A DNA stretch of 64,000 nt from Paraspadella gotoi (GCA_051294375.1 CM119270.1:20313695-20377694), one strand, 5' to 3'; counted from the first letter of the stretch, positions 14,496 to 29,310 are shown. Numbers and translations: made by a program. Notes: generated by a model not told the origin, from the letters alone.

Positions 14496-15006
14496 CGTAC
14501 CAAATCCATAGTTGGTGGGAATCATACTTTTCTGCCCCGAATTGGAATATTGTTTTAAAGGGGAAGATTCAAAAGGTGGAATATTCGATGCGACGCGAAA
14601 CTTACGCATCATGGTGTGAAGTCAGATGAGAGAGGAAGATGAAGGAGAGAGAGAGAGAAGGAGAGGAGGGAGGTAGTGACCCATCTAGGTGGTTGCTGAT
14701 GGGTAAAAAAAGTGACGTATGATGAGGACGAGAGAGAGGAGGGAGACGAAATCGGAGACGCGAGAGCATGTAGAGGGAGACAGAAAGAGACAATCTCTCT
14801 CCCAAAGACTTTCTCGACCGGCCGCACGGTATTTAAAATAATATGAGCTACTTTTTTCTCCATCGAAGAAGCAAGGAAGGCAACAACAAAGACGATGACG
14901 ATGACAAACATTAACAACCCCAATCAGTCACGACGGCAGAGGAAAATGTCGGGCGCGAACTACATTGTAGCCAAGAATTATGCGCAAAAAGACATTGGCT
15001 CGCCCG

Positions 15007-15040
<34 letters not shown>

Positions 15041-15735
15041 NNNNNNNNNNNNNNNNNNNNNNNNNNNNNNNNNNNNNNNNNNNNNNNNNNNNNNNNNNNN
15101 NNNNNNNNNNNNNNNNNNNNNNNNNNNNNNNNNNNNNNNNNNNNNNNNNNNNNNNNNNGAGGAGAGGACCGAGATGTCGAGGGAGATCTAGGACTGACGA
15201 GATCGATCTCTCGAGTGCTGACTGAGAGAGACGGATGAGAGAGATCAATGAGAAAGAAACGATACAATGAAACTCTCTCTCTACAAAATCATCAATCATA
15301 CATCATCATCTCATACATATCACAATCATCTATTCTCTCTAACTCTCTCTCTACAAATCCAGAACAACGCAGAGCTTCTCAATTTAAAAATCCCCTGAAA
15401 TCGGATTAAAGGGAGATTTCGGTAAATTCGCTCGGAAAGTAAAACCGTTTCTTGTTGTTGTTGTTGTTAAGCTCATTGAAATAATAAGGGAATCAACGAA
15501 GCGAGTAAGTTGGGCGATGAGAATCGAGCCTTACCTTTTTTTCTCTGCTTCGCTGCTTACCTTTTTTGTCGGTCCTTTCGTTTCTACTGACGGTAATTAG
15601 GCCAGATACGACACAGTAAACTTGTTGTTGTTGTTGTTTTTGTTGTGGTTGTTGTTATTGATATTGTCATTTTTTTGTGTCGCAAGAGTGAATCTCTATT
15701 TCTTCAAATTCAAACGTCTGAGTCTCTCGTCGTCG

Positions 15736-15905
15736 TTTTCTTTTCTTTTCTTTTCTTTTCTATTCTATTCTATTCTATTCTATTCTATTCTATTCTATTC
15801 TATTCTATTCTATTCTTTTCTTTTCTTTTCTTTTCTTTTCTTTTCTTTTCTTTTCTTTTCCTTTCCTTTCCTTTCCTTTCCTTTCCTTTCCTTTCCTTTC
15901 ATTTC
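15736..15905 (+). repeat. Compound pentanucleotide microsatellite (TTTTC)n(TATTC)n(TTTTC)n(CTTTC)n
   Basis: Directly visible perfect pentamer blocks, switching motif by single-base changes. Confidence 0.95.
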
Positions 15906-16021
15906 CTTAACTTCAAAACCCTGTACTTTTTTTTTCTCATTTCCTCTCTTTACTCCGCGACTTACAAATTCATTTTTCGGTTCTTTTGAAGGATTTTTTA
16001 TCTTCCTCCTCTTCGTCCTTT

Positions 16022-16053
<32 letters not shown>

Positions 16054-16811
16054 CTCCTCAGCTTTTCTCTATACTATATATTCTCTCTTTTTATTCTTTT
16101 CACTTTTTTTTCTCTTTACTTTTTTGATCCGATGCTCTTTTTTTTCTTACCTTAAACGATTCTTTTGTTTTGTTGATCCCAGCCTCGATCCCATTTAAGC
16201 CTTAATCCTCACAGATGGCGCGAGAGAGAGACATTTAAAGTCCCTTAAGCCGGAGTTAAAATTATCGTCACTTATGTATATTCTTTCTGACGGATCGACA
16301 GAGTTGTGCGATAAGATAGGCAAATTATATCATGAAATCGGTACTACTATCTATTTATCTATAAAATTACGAGCATGCTTCCTGGTTTTATGATATTAAA
16401 TGATTAAATGATTAACAAGCTATAAGTTAGCCAACATAATAAATTCCGGTTTGTATTTAACCAGTTTATTTTTGTCTTTGTCTTTGTCATGGCGAACTCG
16501 GTCATCCCTGCGTGAACGACCTTGCGTGCACGACCTTGCGTGCACGACCGTGAGTGCGCGTCGATTGGAATCGCACGCAAAGCGAGAAAAGGTGGAGGAA
16601 AAAAAATCGATAACCAAAACCAAAGTTGTCGTCGTTATTGTTGTTGTTGTCGTCGTCGTCGTCGTCGTCTTCGTATGCAGGCAGATGCAGATTCTTGTCA
16701 ACTGACTAAAAAGGAAAGCGTTCATTAGTAAAGTTTAATGAACTAAGCAATTTTTTAAAAAAAAGTTTAAATTTAGTTTTCAACTAATTAGAGAGAGTAT
16801 TATTTGTTATC

Positions 16812-16846
<35 letters not shown>

Positions 16847-19295
16847 NNNNNNNNNNNNNNNNNNNNNNNNNNNNNNNNNNNNNNNNNNNNNNNNNNNNNN
16901 NNNNNNNNNNNNNNNNNNNNNNNNNNNNNNNNNNNNNNNNNNNNNNNNNNNNNNNNNNNNNNNNNNNNNNNNNNNNNNNNNNNNNNNNNNNNNNNNNNNN
17001 NNNNNNNNNNNNNNNNNNNNNNNNNNNNNNNNNNNNNNNNNNNNNNAAGAAAAGAAAAGAAAAGAAAAGAAAAGAAAAGAAACGAAGAAAAGGAAAGGCA
17101 ATCGATGACTTTAGAGGAAAAAAGGAGGAAAATAATTTGAAAGAAAATTGGTAAAAAAACTAAAAAGAAAAAGAGGCAAAAAAAAAATTTGCTAATGACG
17201 GCTAAAGAAATTCTGCAACAAATCGTGAATGCAATAGAAAAGCGGCATTTGCTGCAAACGTGAAAGAACTAATTCTTTTCGATTTCGAATATTAAAATGA
17301 CGGAAAAAGGAAAAGGTGAAGGACGACGACGACGACGACGATGACGAAGAGATCAAGCATCGTGACTTTGTTTATTCACTCGACCGGGTGATGTGATGAA
17401 ATAATGATGCGGGTGAATTCACCTCACGGATTCGTCGACAACCGTCTCCTCTCATTTTTCTAATTCCACCCAAAAATTGTTTCTGGATTTAGGCCTTAAA
17501 ATGGTCAAAATTTGCCTAAGATGGCCCAAAATGGCCTCTTCTTTTTATTTTTTTGGGCTCGATTGAGTTATTGTTTAGGGGGAGAGATTCGTTCTCGTTG
17601 CGCGCTAAAGTAAAAGTTTTAAAATTTAATATTAAAATTTCATATTAAAATTTAATATTAAAATTAACTTTAAAAAGCTATTTTGGATGATTCTGGGGTC
17701 AATTTCGTGATCATTTTCGACCTTTTTGAGTTTAGGTAAGTTTTCATGCTCAAATTTCTGTAACAAATTTTTCTGTCGCAAAAAACCGTAAAATCCATCG
17801 TTTATTCCATCGACGCAGTTGGAGACTCTCTCTCTCTCTCTCTCNNNNNNNNNNNNNNNNNNNNNNNNNNNNNNNNNNNNNNNNNNNNNNNNNNNNNNNN
17901 NNNNNNNNNNNNNNNNNNNNNNNNNNNNNNNNNNNNNNNNNNNNNNNNNNNNNNNNNNNNNNNNNNNNNNNNNNNNNNNNNNNNNNNNNNNNNNNNNNNN
18001 NNNNNNNNNNNNNNNNNNNNNNNNNNNNNNNNNNNNNNNNNNNNNNNNNNNNNNNNNNNNNNNNNNNNNNNNNNNNNNNNNNNNNNNNNNNAACGCCAAA
18101 TGTTCCCTCATTAGATGGAAGCGAAAAAACAAGGCTACGTCGCCCTCGACAACCATAATTTGCGTTTTCGCCGGGAGGGAGTTTCCATGGTTACGAAAAA
18201 TATGATAGGTTTATTATCGAACGTTGGGTTTCGTTTTGGTTCAATCTCGTTGCAGCGAATTTCGTTATCGGCGGACTTCGTTATAAGAGAATTTTGAGGG
18301 AGAATCACGTTTAATAAGGACGATGGACCGAATTAAATAGATAAAGAAAAGTTAGATAAACAATCAATATTTACGTTTATTTTTCCGGCTCTTGTTAATA
18401 ATTTTATACTAAAAATTATTTTCGTTGACAATAGCCCATGAATGTTTTGCCTATAACTTCCCGACTTCCAAAAATAAAATGAGTCTTTCAACTTTCCCGT
18501 CAAAATTTTTCATCCGTCATCGCATTCTATTTTTGCCTTCGATCCTTTCATCCCAGTCTTCCTATCTTCTCCCACCTCCCTTACTTCTCTCCCCCACTTC
18601 TCTATTTCTTTCTCCAACCCCTGCTCTCTCCCCTCTTCCCCCCTCACCCCCAAAATCCACCCCGCTATCGTGGGGGGTCATCATCCCTCCATTACCCCCT
18701 TCCTTTCTCGATCGATTCGAATCTCTGTCTATCTTTACTCCAATCTCGTTTTCGTTAGAGAGGATTAATAACTTCTCTTTTAGATTTTCTTTTCTTTACT
18801 TTTATTCTTTTAATAACTTCTAATTTCATATCGATCTTTTAGCTTATCTATACTTTTTCTTTACTTTTTTTTCGTATTGATTAAGGTCAACATCAATATA
18901 GTTGGCTGCGCGGAAATATAATTTCTGACAATGCTTTTAAAGTGCTAATAACAAATAAAAATTTGACACTGCAATATACAAATGAGATTTTGAATTAAAA
19001 ATGTTCTCACTTCCTCCTCTTTACCCTTCTCCCCTTTTCCAGTTCATAACAACCCGGGGGTTCGCTGACCCCACAACGCGAAACAATCGCTCTTTCTTTT
19101 CCTTGTTTTCTTTGTTTTTTTCTTGTTTTTCTCCACCCGAAACCTGAAAACCTTAAAAAAGACATAATTCGTCGCAGTCATCGTCGCCTCTACAGTTACG
19201 GTCCCGAGTTACAGTTACGGAGCTGAGATATATTGACCTATAACCAAGAGAGAAAGAAAAGAGAGAGAGAGAGGGGGTGATGCCAGTAAGAAAAA

Positions 19296-19335
<40 letters not shown>

Positions 19336-21690
19336 GGTTATTACGAAGGGAGAGAGAGCAGAGAGAGAGAGAGAGCAGGAGCCCGCAGAGAGAGAAGAGA
19401 GAGAGAGAGAAGAGAGAGACGACGAGAGACGAACCCGAGGAGAACAGAGAGAGAGAGAGCAAGAAACAATGTGAAAGAGAGTCTGTGGTGGGGGTGTGGG
19501 TTGTTGAAGGGGCGTTTGTCGTGTGAGTGATGGAGAAGTTGCCTGCGTGAAGAGTCGGTAACTAGACCAAGCAAAGACTTTAAAAATTAGCTCTCAACGA
19601 GAAGACGACGACGAGAGATGAAGAGATAAAAGAGAGAGAGAGAGAGAGCAGAGAGAACGAGAGCAGAGACGAAGCACGAGAGAGAGCAAGCCGTAATAAT
19701 GCAAGGGTCTCCGAAACAATTAGGTCCGCCAGACCGAACACAAAAAACCGGGCACTTACTGCCGGTCGGAAACAGAAGCGTAACATCTCAGAGAGGAGAG
19801 CGCGAGAGAGACGAAGATCGAGAGAGAAGACGAGAGAGAGAGCGAGAGAGAATCTCTCTCCTTTTNNNNNNNNNNNNNNNNNNNNNNNNNNNNNNNNNNN
19901 NNNNNNNNNNNNNNNNNNNNNNNNNNNNNNNNNNNNNNNNNNNNNNNNNNNNNNNNNNNNNNNNNNNNNNNNNNNNNNNNNNNNNNNNNNNNNNNNNNNN
20001 NNNNNNNNNNNNCCTCCCTTTGTTCTCAGATCCAAGTTTGTTGCTCCAATTTTCGAAAGGACGAACCTTTTCCTTTCTTTTCTCTTCATTTCTTTTCCTC
20101 TTTTTCTTTCTTTTTTTTCCTTTCCTTTCCTATTGTTCTCTCTCTCTCTTTCTTTTGTTCTTTCTTCTTTCTTTTTTTTTCTCCGCCCGTGATGGGTGGA
20201 GGATGTTCTTTCGCCACGTTTTTGGGTCCAGAGGGCCTCTTTTTCTCGAGGGGGCCTTTTGGAGGCCTTTTCGAGGCCTTTTGGAGGCTTTTTGAGGCCT
20301 TCGGTTCTTTAAGAGGTTTCATCCGTCTGTTTTTAGGTTTTTCGATTGGAAGGAGGATGAAATTAAAAGTTAATCCAGAGTCCATTACTTTTGTTACTTG
20401 ACCGAAAAAAAATATTCTCTTCTCTTCTTTTTTTTTCTTTTCTTTTATTCTACACACTTCATCACGTGATCCTCAGTCACGCGCCCAAGGATCCAGGATC
20501 AAAACCGACCCCTTTCATCAAATTTCCCCGCGAGACAAAACGATCCAGAAAATTTGAGCCAATTTTTTCGAACTTTTAAAAAAATGGAACCGAAATTTTC
20601 ATTTAAATGGAATCAAACTTTTTTAAAAAGAAACCATTTTTTGTTAAAAAACCCGAGCTAAAAATTTTTAAATTTTAAAATAGAACCAAACTTTCGTTAA
20701 TGGAATCACAGTCTTTAAACACAGTCTACCCTTTGACCAAAACAAATGACCCAACTCACGGAAACCTCTTCATCAATTTTGTTTCTCCCGGAATTTCCTC
20801 GTTCCTCAAATTTTCCCAACTAAAAAGCAGTTTGTTTCCTTTGTTTCTTTTTCTGTTTCTTGATTCTCGATCCACGCGAAATGAATGAGAAGGGGACGAA
20901 ATCAGAGACCTCACCGGGTCGAGGTCGATTCCACTGTAATCAGAAACCAATTGCCCTTTTTTTTTTGAATTCGTAATTCGGGCGACGACGATCGAGTTCT
21001 TTCGATTCTTAATTATACCTTTGGCCGGTAGAGGAGCTGACGACGCAAAAGGGGGCGAAGGGGGAGGAAAGAAAAACTCTCGACGCGCGACGCAACTCAA
21101 TCCAACCCGATTTTCATTTTCATCTTTTTTAAAGAATTTTCGTGTCCCGGATTTTTCTTGCTCTATTTCGTGGAGGTATTGGCGGGAAACGCAAGAGGAG
21201 GGGGGGTGAAATAAGAAAGGGAATTGAAAGGACAATGAGGATTTTAATGGGGATAAAGTGTGCAGGTTTTTTTTAGGCAGGGAATTAGCGGAGGTTATTA
21301 AAGAAGAGTCGATACTAACTTAACCTTTCCCAGTTGATTTTAAAGATAGAAAGGGGCAGAGGTTAATCCCGGAAGGGCGGCCTCCTTGAGCGGTTAATCG
21401 AAAACTTGGCTAGAATTAATGATTCGAGAACGGAATTTCTTGATCTACTTTTTGCCGACGAGAATTTGGGGCGATCGAAAGTTTGCACCATAAACGCGGA
21501 TCATGAGTCCAACCGGTTTTGAAGGTCGGACGTTCGAATCCAGAGAGCTTGCTTTGTTTTCGTGTCCTTGATCTTGATCTTTCTCTTTAGTTTACTAATA
21601 AGTATATTAATTATTAATCTATTAATCTCTATCAGACTCATCAACTCTTTATACTTTCCTGTCCCTATACCCCGAAACGCGAAAAAAGGC

Positions 21691-21794
21691 GGTCGAACCC
21701 GAACTGTGAAGTCGCTGCTAAGAAAGGAGGTCGAACCCGAACTGTGAAGTCGCTGCTAAGAAAGGAGGTCGAACCCGAACTGTGAAGTCGCTGC
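21691..21794 (+). repeat. 38-bp minisatellite x~2.7
   Basis: ggtcgaacccgaactgtgaagtcgctgctaagaaagga at 21691, 21729 and 21767. Confidence 0.9.
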
Positions 21795-21876
21795 CAAAAA
21801 TCGCGTTGAGGAGGGAAAAGCAAAAGCGAATGGATTTGAACGATTAAAAGAAAAAAGATGTGAGGGGGATTGAGGT

Positions 21877-21989
21877 GGGAAATCTCCAAGGCTTGGGGAT
21901 TGGGGACTGGGAAATCTCCAAGGCTTGGGGATTGGGGACTGGGAAATCTCCAAGGCTTGGGGATTGGGGACTGGGAATTCTCCAAAGCC
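21877..21989 (+). repeat. 32-bp G-run minisatellite x~3.5
   Basis: gggaaatctccaaggcttggggattggggact repeated head to tail. Confidence 0.9.
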
Positions 21990-23216
21990 CTCGTGGGTCA
22001 TGTCTTTCTGTCTGTCTGTTTATCGGTTCGTTCGTTCGTTCGCACTTTAGTTCATTAGTTTGTTCGTTCCATGGTTCGTTCCTTCGTTCATTCTTTCCTA
22101 CCTTTGTTCCTTCTCTCGTCCGCCAGAGGCGGAGTCTATCAAACCGGATTCAATAATAAAACTTAAGTGGGCGACGATTCAAGGTTTTTTCCCCGTGGAG
22201 GAGATTTCGACGCTAAGTTAATTTTGGGTTTAATATTAATTTCTCCAGTTTAACTTATGTCGTAATGTTATTTCGAGGAATTTTAGGTAATTTACAAACT
22301 CACCCTTTATATTTGGATATAATAGTTTTATAAATAATAAATAATCAAAATAGTTTTAACTGAATNNNNNNNNNNNNNNNNNNNNNNNNNAAAAAAGAAT
22401 AACACTTACAGAAATAATTATAACACCGAAATCAGGTGAATTTGGAATAATAAGAAGCCAGACCGTTCGCCTCTCCCCTGTTTATTAACCCGCCCCCTCC
22501 ACCTCGCCCCCCCCCCCCGGCGCGCTTTGAAGAAAACGCGAGTCGAACGCTTTGATCGAAGGTTGACCCTAAAACCAAAAATCCTTGGAGGTGAAAATAG
22601 TTGTTTTGTCCTTAACATGAGGATAAACAAAATTCTTAGAAGGAGAAAAAAAAAGAAGGGTCATTGTGAAAGATTCTTTGAAAGTGAATAAACAGTTAAA
22701 ATTATGAGTTAGAATAACCATTATTAAAGTTACATAATTCTTTTTTTTTGTTTGAATTTATTTCTTCGGGCGAAAGCTGTTTGGTCGAGAATCAACAGAG
22801 AAAAAGAAAAAAAAAAAAAAGAAACACTCGGAGGTTTTTTCTTAAGAATTGCAGCCTTTTCATTGGACGCCTGGCTATTATCACGGGCGATGAAACGCTC
22901 TCTCTCTCGTCTTCGTCGTCACGTCTCTCGGTCATCTCCTCTCGTCTCTCTCCTCGCTCTCCCTCTCTACTCTCTCTCTCCCTACTCATCTCTTCTCTGC
23001 TCTCTCCTGAATCAGAAGGGCTGCTCTCGCGCGTGGATCACGAGATGCAATCAGTGATTGAAGATGCGATCCACGTGAGGGATAAAAAGAAAATCAAGGA
23101 TGCTGCACGAAATTCGCTTCGTTTTTTCCGCTCGAAATTCTGAGCCAGGTGCAATGCGGTCGAGTTGACCGAGTAAGAGAGAGAGAGAGACGAGCAGAGG
23201 GAGAAGAAAGAGGAGG

Positions 23217-23282
<66 letters not shown>

Positions 23283-24091
23283 GAAGGAGAGCGAGAGCTT
23301 TAAAAGCTTTGGGTCGTTAGAGGACATAAGGCTTACAACCATGCCAACTGCTTAAACATTTTATAACGTAATATGGGGTTTAAAACTTTTGATGTTTCAA
23401 ATTGATTGCATTCTTGCAAGTTTTGTCCGTCCGGTCGTTGTCATCCGTCGTCGTGTCGGTCATTCTCGTTTCACGGCTGGCAGATGAACATTTGAAACGA
23501 ATTCCGCGATCGAAAATCGAAAGCGAACGAAAAGAGTGAAAGAGGGAGAGGAGTGAAAAGGGTGACATAGGGTGACGAAGTGTGGCTGGAGGAATGAAAA
23601 AGATGAATCGACGGTTGACAAGAGGTGGACAGAGGGTGGACGGACAGTGTGGCAGAGAAATGACAGAAAGTAAAATCGGAGGGTGGACAGAAGGAAGTTG
23701 ACAAAAGAAGGGGTCTAAAAAGGGTTGATTGGAAGAACGGTAAAAATCGACCTTTTATGTTAAGTTGACGGGAGGGTTTTCTTCCAGGAAAATGGGAACG
23801 TAATGGTTTCCATCCACAGAAATGACAAGATGGGAGTCATTGGAGAAGAGTCAACGATCTAAATTACATCGGGGGAGAGGATTTTAGAGCCCCCAAGCCA
23901 ACAGACAAAAAGCCCCAAAGCCAAAGCCACGGACGGGTCGTCGGAGTCAGATGGACCAAATTTCTGGGCAAAGATAAACAATAATCGCGGTTAACCTCGG
24001 TTAACTTTATAGGCCCCCCCGTCCCCAAATCGGGAGTTGACCCTCGGGCGGCGTGGGTCGAGGAAAAAAGGTCTTTTAGCGGTCGTTGGAG

Positions 24092-24142
<51 letters not shown>

Positions 24143-25143
24143 CGAGAAGAGAGGAGAGAGCAGAGGAGAAGGAGAGAGAGAGACGGTCTTCCTCCTGGCA
24201 TTGAGGGTTGAGAACTCTGAAACAAACTAACTCATGATTCGAATAAAAAAGCGTGAATATCGTGTCGAAGTAGGAAGAGAGAGAGAGGGAGGGAGAGGGA
24301 AGAAAAGAGCAGAGAGGAAGAGAAAAGAGAGAAAGGAGAGAGAAGAGAGAGGAGAGAGAGAGAGAAGAGAGAGAGAGAAAGAGAAAGAGCAGAGAGATGG
24401 AAGAAAGAACTTCTCCGGAAATTATTTCTTGTGTTTCTTACTTTCTTTCTAAAGGGGTTGAGTCGAAAAAAATCATTCCTACAATGCGAAAATCAATGGG
24501 AAAGAACGGGGAAATCCCTGATTGTCGGGCGGGATGGGAAACCTGGAAGGTGGAAAAAGTGGAATTCTGGAAGAGAATTCGTCGACTGGGAACTACTCGG
24601 CGGGAAAAGGGTTGGAAGAAGGGGAGGATTCTCAATGAGAATTAGACGGATTGGAAATGGAACAAAGTTTAAAAGGGAAGAGATAAAGGGGAATAAGGAG
24701 AAATAAAAGCTTTACAAAGTTTTTTTTTTTTTTTTTTTTTCGGGGCTGACCCCTCCGCCGGTCCAAGTGAAAACAGTATGACGAATGCCTATTAAAAAGT
24801 TTTTTTGGGGGACAATTTTAAGAGATTAAATCAAAAATTTTTTGGGGGATCGGCGTCGCTGAGATGGGGAATTTTGAAAATGGACGATCTTAAAATGGAA
24901 TCTTCTTGAAAAGCGTATCATGAAAATGATTTTTTGGCAATCTTAAGGATAATTTTTTTTCTTCCTTTCTTTCTTGTTTTTATTTTTTCTTTCTTTTTTT
25001 TTTTTTTTTTCTTTCTTTCTTTCTTTCTATCTTTTCTTCTTTGTTCTTCTTCTTTCTTTTCTTTTCTTGTTCTTTCTGTCTTATTCTTCTGCTTCGTTGC
25101 TTATCTTTCTTTGGTTTCTTTTTCCTTGTCTTTCTTCTTCTTT

Positions 25144-25184
<41 letters not shown>

Positions 25185-27409
25185 CTTTTCTTTCTTTCTT
25201 TCTTTTTTTTGTTTTCCTTCTGTTTTCTTTCTTTATTTCTTTCCTATAACTCAATTCACGTTTCCTTGACGCGAAAAAAAAATAATGGCTTTTTGGTCCC
25301 TCGCAGAAAAGACAACAATGACGCGACAACAACAACAAAGAACGTCTAGGCTCTAAGACCCGGGACCAAACGACCAAATGCGGACCAGACGAGCGGGATT
25401 CCTCTTTTCACCTGCTCTTTTTCTCTCCTCCCTACCTCCCTCTTCATCCTTCCCTCTTTTCCACACGCGAGCACTCACGGCTGCTCGTCCGCATGATCGC
25501 TGCCTCCAAGATTTGGTAAAAATGAGTTCATCTTGAAATGAGTCATTCACAGTTCGGGTGAATCTCGAACGCAGAATGCGTCTCCCGCTTCCATTATCTT
25601 TCTTTCTCGGCTTTCTCTCTCTCGCTCTTCTCTCTTCTTCTTCTCGTCCTCTCTCTCATCTCGTCATCTCCTCTCTTCTCGTCTCTCCGTCCGTCCTCTC
25701 TCGTTCGGGTTTGAAAAGAAAAACCAGTGGAGTCCGACGATTGAGATTTAATTAAATGTTAAAAAGAATTTAACCTGTAACTTTATTTGTTTTCTGTCTT
25801 GTAATGTATGTCAAGTGAGATTTCATCGTTTGGAGTTTTCGAGGTGGAAGACAGGTGACCGTTTCAAAGGTTTTTTCTTTGGTGTCTGTGACCAGATTCT
25901 GAAAATTTTTTGGTATTATAATCATATCCACCACTTATATTATAGGTCACTGTCTAAGACAAGCATTGATTGTTGAGCTTTTAAGATTTTTAAAATTTTG
26001 TTCATATTTTTCCGGATTTAATTTCTGAAATTCTCTCCTAAATATTCAATCATTTTTCTTTTTTTTGTATTTCTTGATGCTTATCCAGAAATATTTATTA
26101 TTCAGCAACTGCCATGAAAAATTAAAAGATTTCAAGATTTAAAATGCCAGTTCAGTATCCTTCAAATTTGAAAAGAAATGACCTTAAAACGTTTTGTCCT
26201 TTTTTCAGGAAAAAATTATTTGCCTTTTTTATTCTCCATGCGGATGAAGGTTTAAATAATTTATTTTTATTATTTTTAAAAATGTTTTCGAATTTTTTTT
26301 TCCTTTTTTTTTTTGGTATCTTTCAGCAAACGTCGAAATTTCTTTTTTGGTCATTCTCTTCCTTTTTCGCTCTCCCTCTTTAGATAACCTACCATATTCA
26401 CTCTGTCTCTCTCCCTCTCTTCGTCTCTCTGCGCTCTCTCGTCTCGGCCTCCGTCTCTCCGTGCTCTCTGCTCTCTCCTCTCTCTCTCACTCCTCTTCGA
26501 GTCTCTCTCTCTCGCCTCCTCTCGTCTCTCTCTCTCGTCTCTCGGTCTTCTCTATTCGTTTGCTCTCTCTTCTCTCTCAGACCTCTGGTTTCTTCTGGCT
26601 GTCGGTCGCTCCTCGAATACCGTCCGTTGAGCTTTCATCATCCGTCCTCCTTTATCTTCTCCCTTCTCGCCTCAACTGTCCGTTCCGTCCCACAATTTTT
26701 TCGTTCGTGAGCCCGAAAATTTTTTGACGACTGGAGTCCGGAACATTTTTTTTCGTTTTTTTTATAATTTTCCCCAGATCATATTAGATTTTCCTTCCTC
26801 CTTTTTTTTTTTCTTTTCCTCTTTTTTTTCGCTTCCTCATTTTCTTTGTTCTTTTCTTTCTTTTCTATTTTTTTTAAATTTTGTTCATTTTTTCCAATGC
26901 TTTGTTCGTGGTTGTGAAATCTTTTTTTTTCCTCCTGGACTTTGCGGGAATCGGAAGCAAAGAAGATTTCATTAAGAATTTTTAGGATTCGAGAAGAAAA
27001 AGTAGAATCAAAATAGAAAAAATGAAGTCGGGTGTTATCTCTCCGTTCCCTCACTCGCCCTCTAAGAGTCATTGTAAAGATTCTTTGAAAGTGAAAAAAA
27101 CAGTTAAAATTATGAGTTAAATAACAATTATTAAAGTTAAATATTCTNNNNNNNNNNNNNNNNNNNNNNNNNNNNNNNNNNNNNNNNNNNNNNNNNNNNN
27201 NNNNNNNNNNNNNNNNNNNNNNNNNNNNNNNNNNNNNNNNNNNNNNNNNNTTTAAAACTTATTGATGTTTCAAATTATTCAATTCTTTCAAGTTTTTGTC
27301 GTCGTCGTTGTCATCGTCGTCGTCGTCGTCATCGTTTCACGGCTGCAGATGACATTTGAACGAAAATCGCATCGAACATCAAAGCGGAACGAAAAGAGTG
27401 AGAGGGAGA

Positions 27410-27548
27410 GGGTGAAAAGGGTGACATAGGGTGACAAAGTGTGGCTGAGGATGACAGAAGGTGATTGAGGGTGACAAAGGGTGACAGAGGGTGCCGAAGT
27501 GTCGCAGAGAATGACAGAAAGTAATCGAGGGTGACAAAGAATGACAAA
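27410..27548 (+). repeat. 10-bp-period degenerate repeat (AGGGTGACAN)
   Basis: agggtgacat agggtgacaa agtgtggctg aggatgacag ... agggtgacaa agggtgacag. A noisy duplicate lies at ~23560-23705. Confidence 0.7.
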
Positions 27549-28882
27549 AGAAGGGTCTAAAGTTATTGAAACGTAAATTGACTTATGTTAATTACTGAGT
27601 TTCTCATGAATATGACGTAATGTTCCACAGAATGACAAAATGGATCATTGAGAAAGTCAAATTTAAAGGAATCTAATTACATCGGGGAGAGATTTTAAGC
27701 CCAAAGCCCAAAGACCAAAGCCCAAAGCCCAAAGCCACGACGGGTCGTCGAGTCCAGATGGAACAAATTTCTGCAAAGATAAAAATATCGCGTTACCGTC
27801 TTTACTTATTAAGCGCCCCCCNNNNNNNNNNNNNNNNNNNNNNNNNNNNNNNNNNNNNNNNNNNNNNNNNNNNNNNNNNNNNNNNNNNNNNNNNNNNNNN
27901 NNNNNNNNNNNNNNNNNNNNNNNNNNNNNNNNNNNNNNNNNNNNNNNNNNNNNNNNNNNNNNNNNNNNNNNNNNNNNNNNNNNNNNNNNNNNNNNNNNNN
28001 NNNNNNNNNNNNNNNNNNNNNNNNNNNNNNNNNNNNNNNNNNNNNNNNNNNNNNNNNNNNNNNNNNNNNNNNNNNNNNNNNNNNNNNNNNNNNNNNNNNN
28101 NNNNNNNNNNNNNNNNNNNNNNNNNNNNNNNNNNNNNNNNNNNNNNNNNNNNNNNNNNNNNNNNNNNNNNNNNNNNNNNNNNNNNNNNNNNNNNNNNNNN
28201 NNNNNNNNNNNNNNNNNNNNNNNNNNNNNNNNNNNNNNNNNNNNNNNNNNNNNNNNNNNNNNNNNNNNNNNNNNNNNNNNNNNNNNNNNNNNNNNNNNNN
28301 NNNNNNNNNNNNNNNNNNNNNNNNNNNNNNNNGTCGGTGTATACGAAAGTAGGGAAGAGAGATAAAGAGCGATGAAAGACAGAGAGATAGAGAGAGAGAA
28401 GAGAGAGAAGAGAGAGAGCGGAGAGAAGAGAGAGACGGAGAGAGACGGAGAGAGAGAGAGAGAGAGAAGGAGAGAGAGATGAAAAATCGGGATTTCTTCC
28501 AAAAAGGTTGAGTCGAAAAAATCGATTCTACAATCGAATGGAAAAGACGGAAATCCTGATTCGGCGATGGAATAAACTGAGTGAAAAAGTGGAACTCGGG
28601 AGGAATGAATGAAGACTCGAAGCGGAACGAAGGAATTCGAAGAATTAACGGATGGAAATGGAACAATTAAAAGCTTTTAACAAAGTTTTTTTTTCGGCTG
28701 ACTCATGCCGTCAAGTGAAAACAATGACGATGCCATTAAAAAGTTTTTTGGGGGAAATTTTAGAGATTAAATCAAAATTTTGGGAATCGGCGTCGCGAGA
28801 TGGAATTTTGAAATGGAATCTTAAAATGGAATCTTGAAAAGGTATCATGAAAATGATTTTTGCAATCTTAGGATAATTTTTT

Positions 28883-28946
<64 letters not shown>

Positions 28947-28975
28947 TTTTTCTTTCTTTCTTTCTTTCTTTCTTT
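28883..28975 (+). repeat. (TTTC)n microsatellite
   Basis: Near-perfect tetramer run. Confidence 0.9.
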
Positions 28976-29268
28976 TTGTTTTCTTGTTTTCTTTCTTTAT
29001 TTCTTTCAATAAACTTATTCACGTTTCTTGACGCGAAAAAAAATCTGCTTTTTGCCCCAGAAAAGACAACAATGACGACAACAACAACAACAACAACGAC
29101 AACGACCAAGATGCGACAGACAGCGATTCCTCACCTGCTCTTCCTCCTACCCCTCCTCTTCATCCTCCTCTTCCACCTGCTCGTCCGCATTCGCTCCTCA
29201 GATTTGTAAATGAGTCATCACAGTTCGGGTGAATCTCGAACCCAGAATCGTCTCACGCTCATTATCTT

Positions 29269-29310
<42 letters not shown>

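Noticed and set aside
21691-21989. CRISPR-like appearance of the 32-38 bp repeats
   Set aside because: The repeats are head to tail with no unique spacers, there are no cas genes, and the context is eukaryotic.
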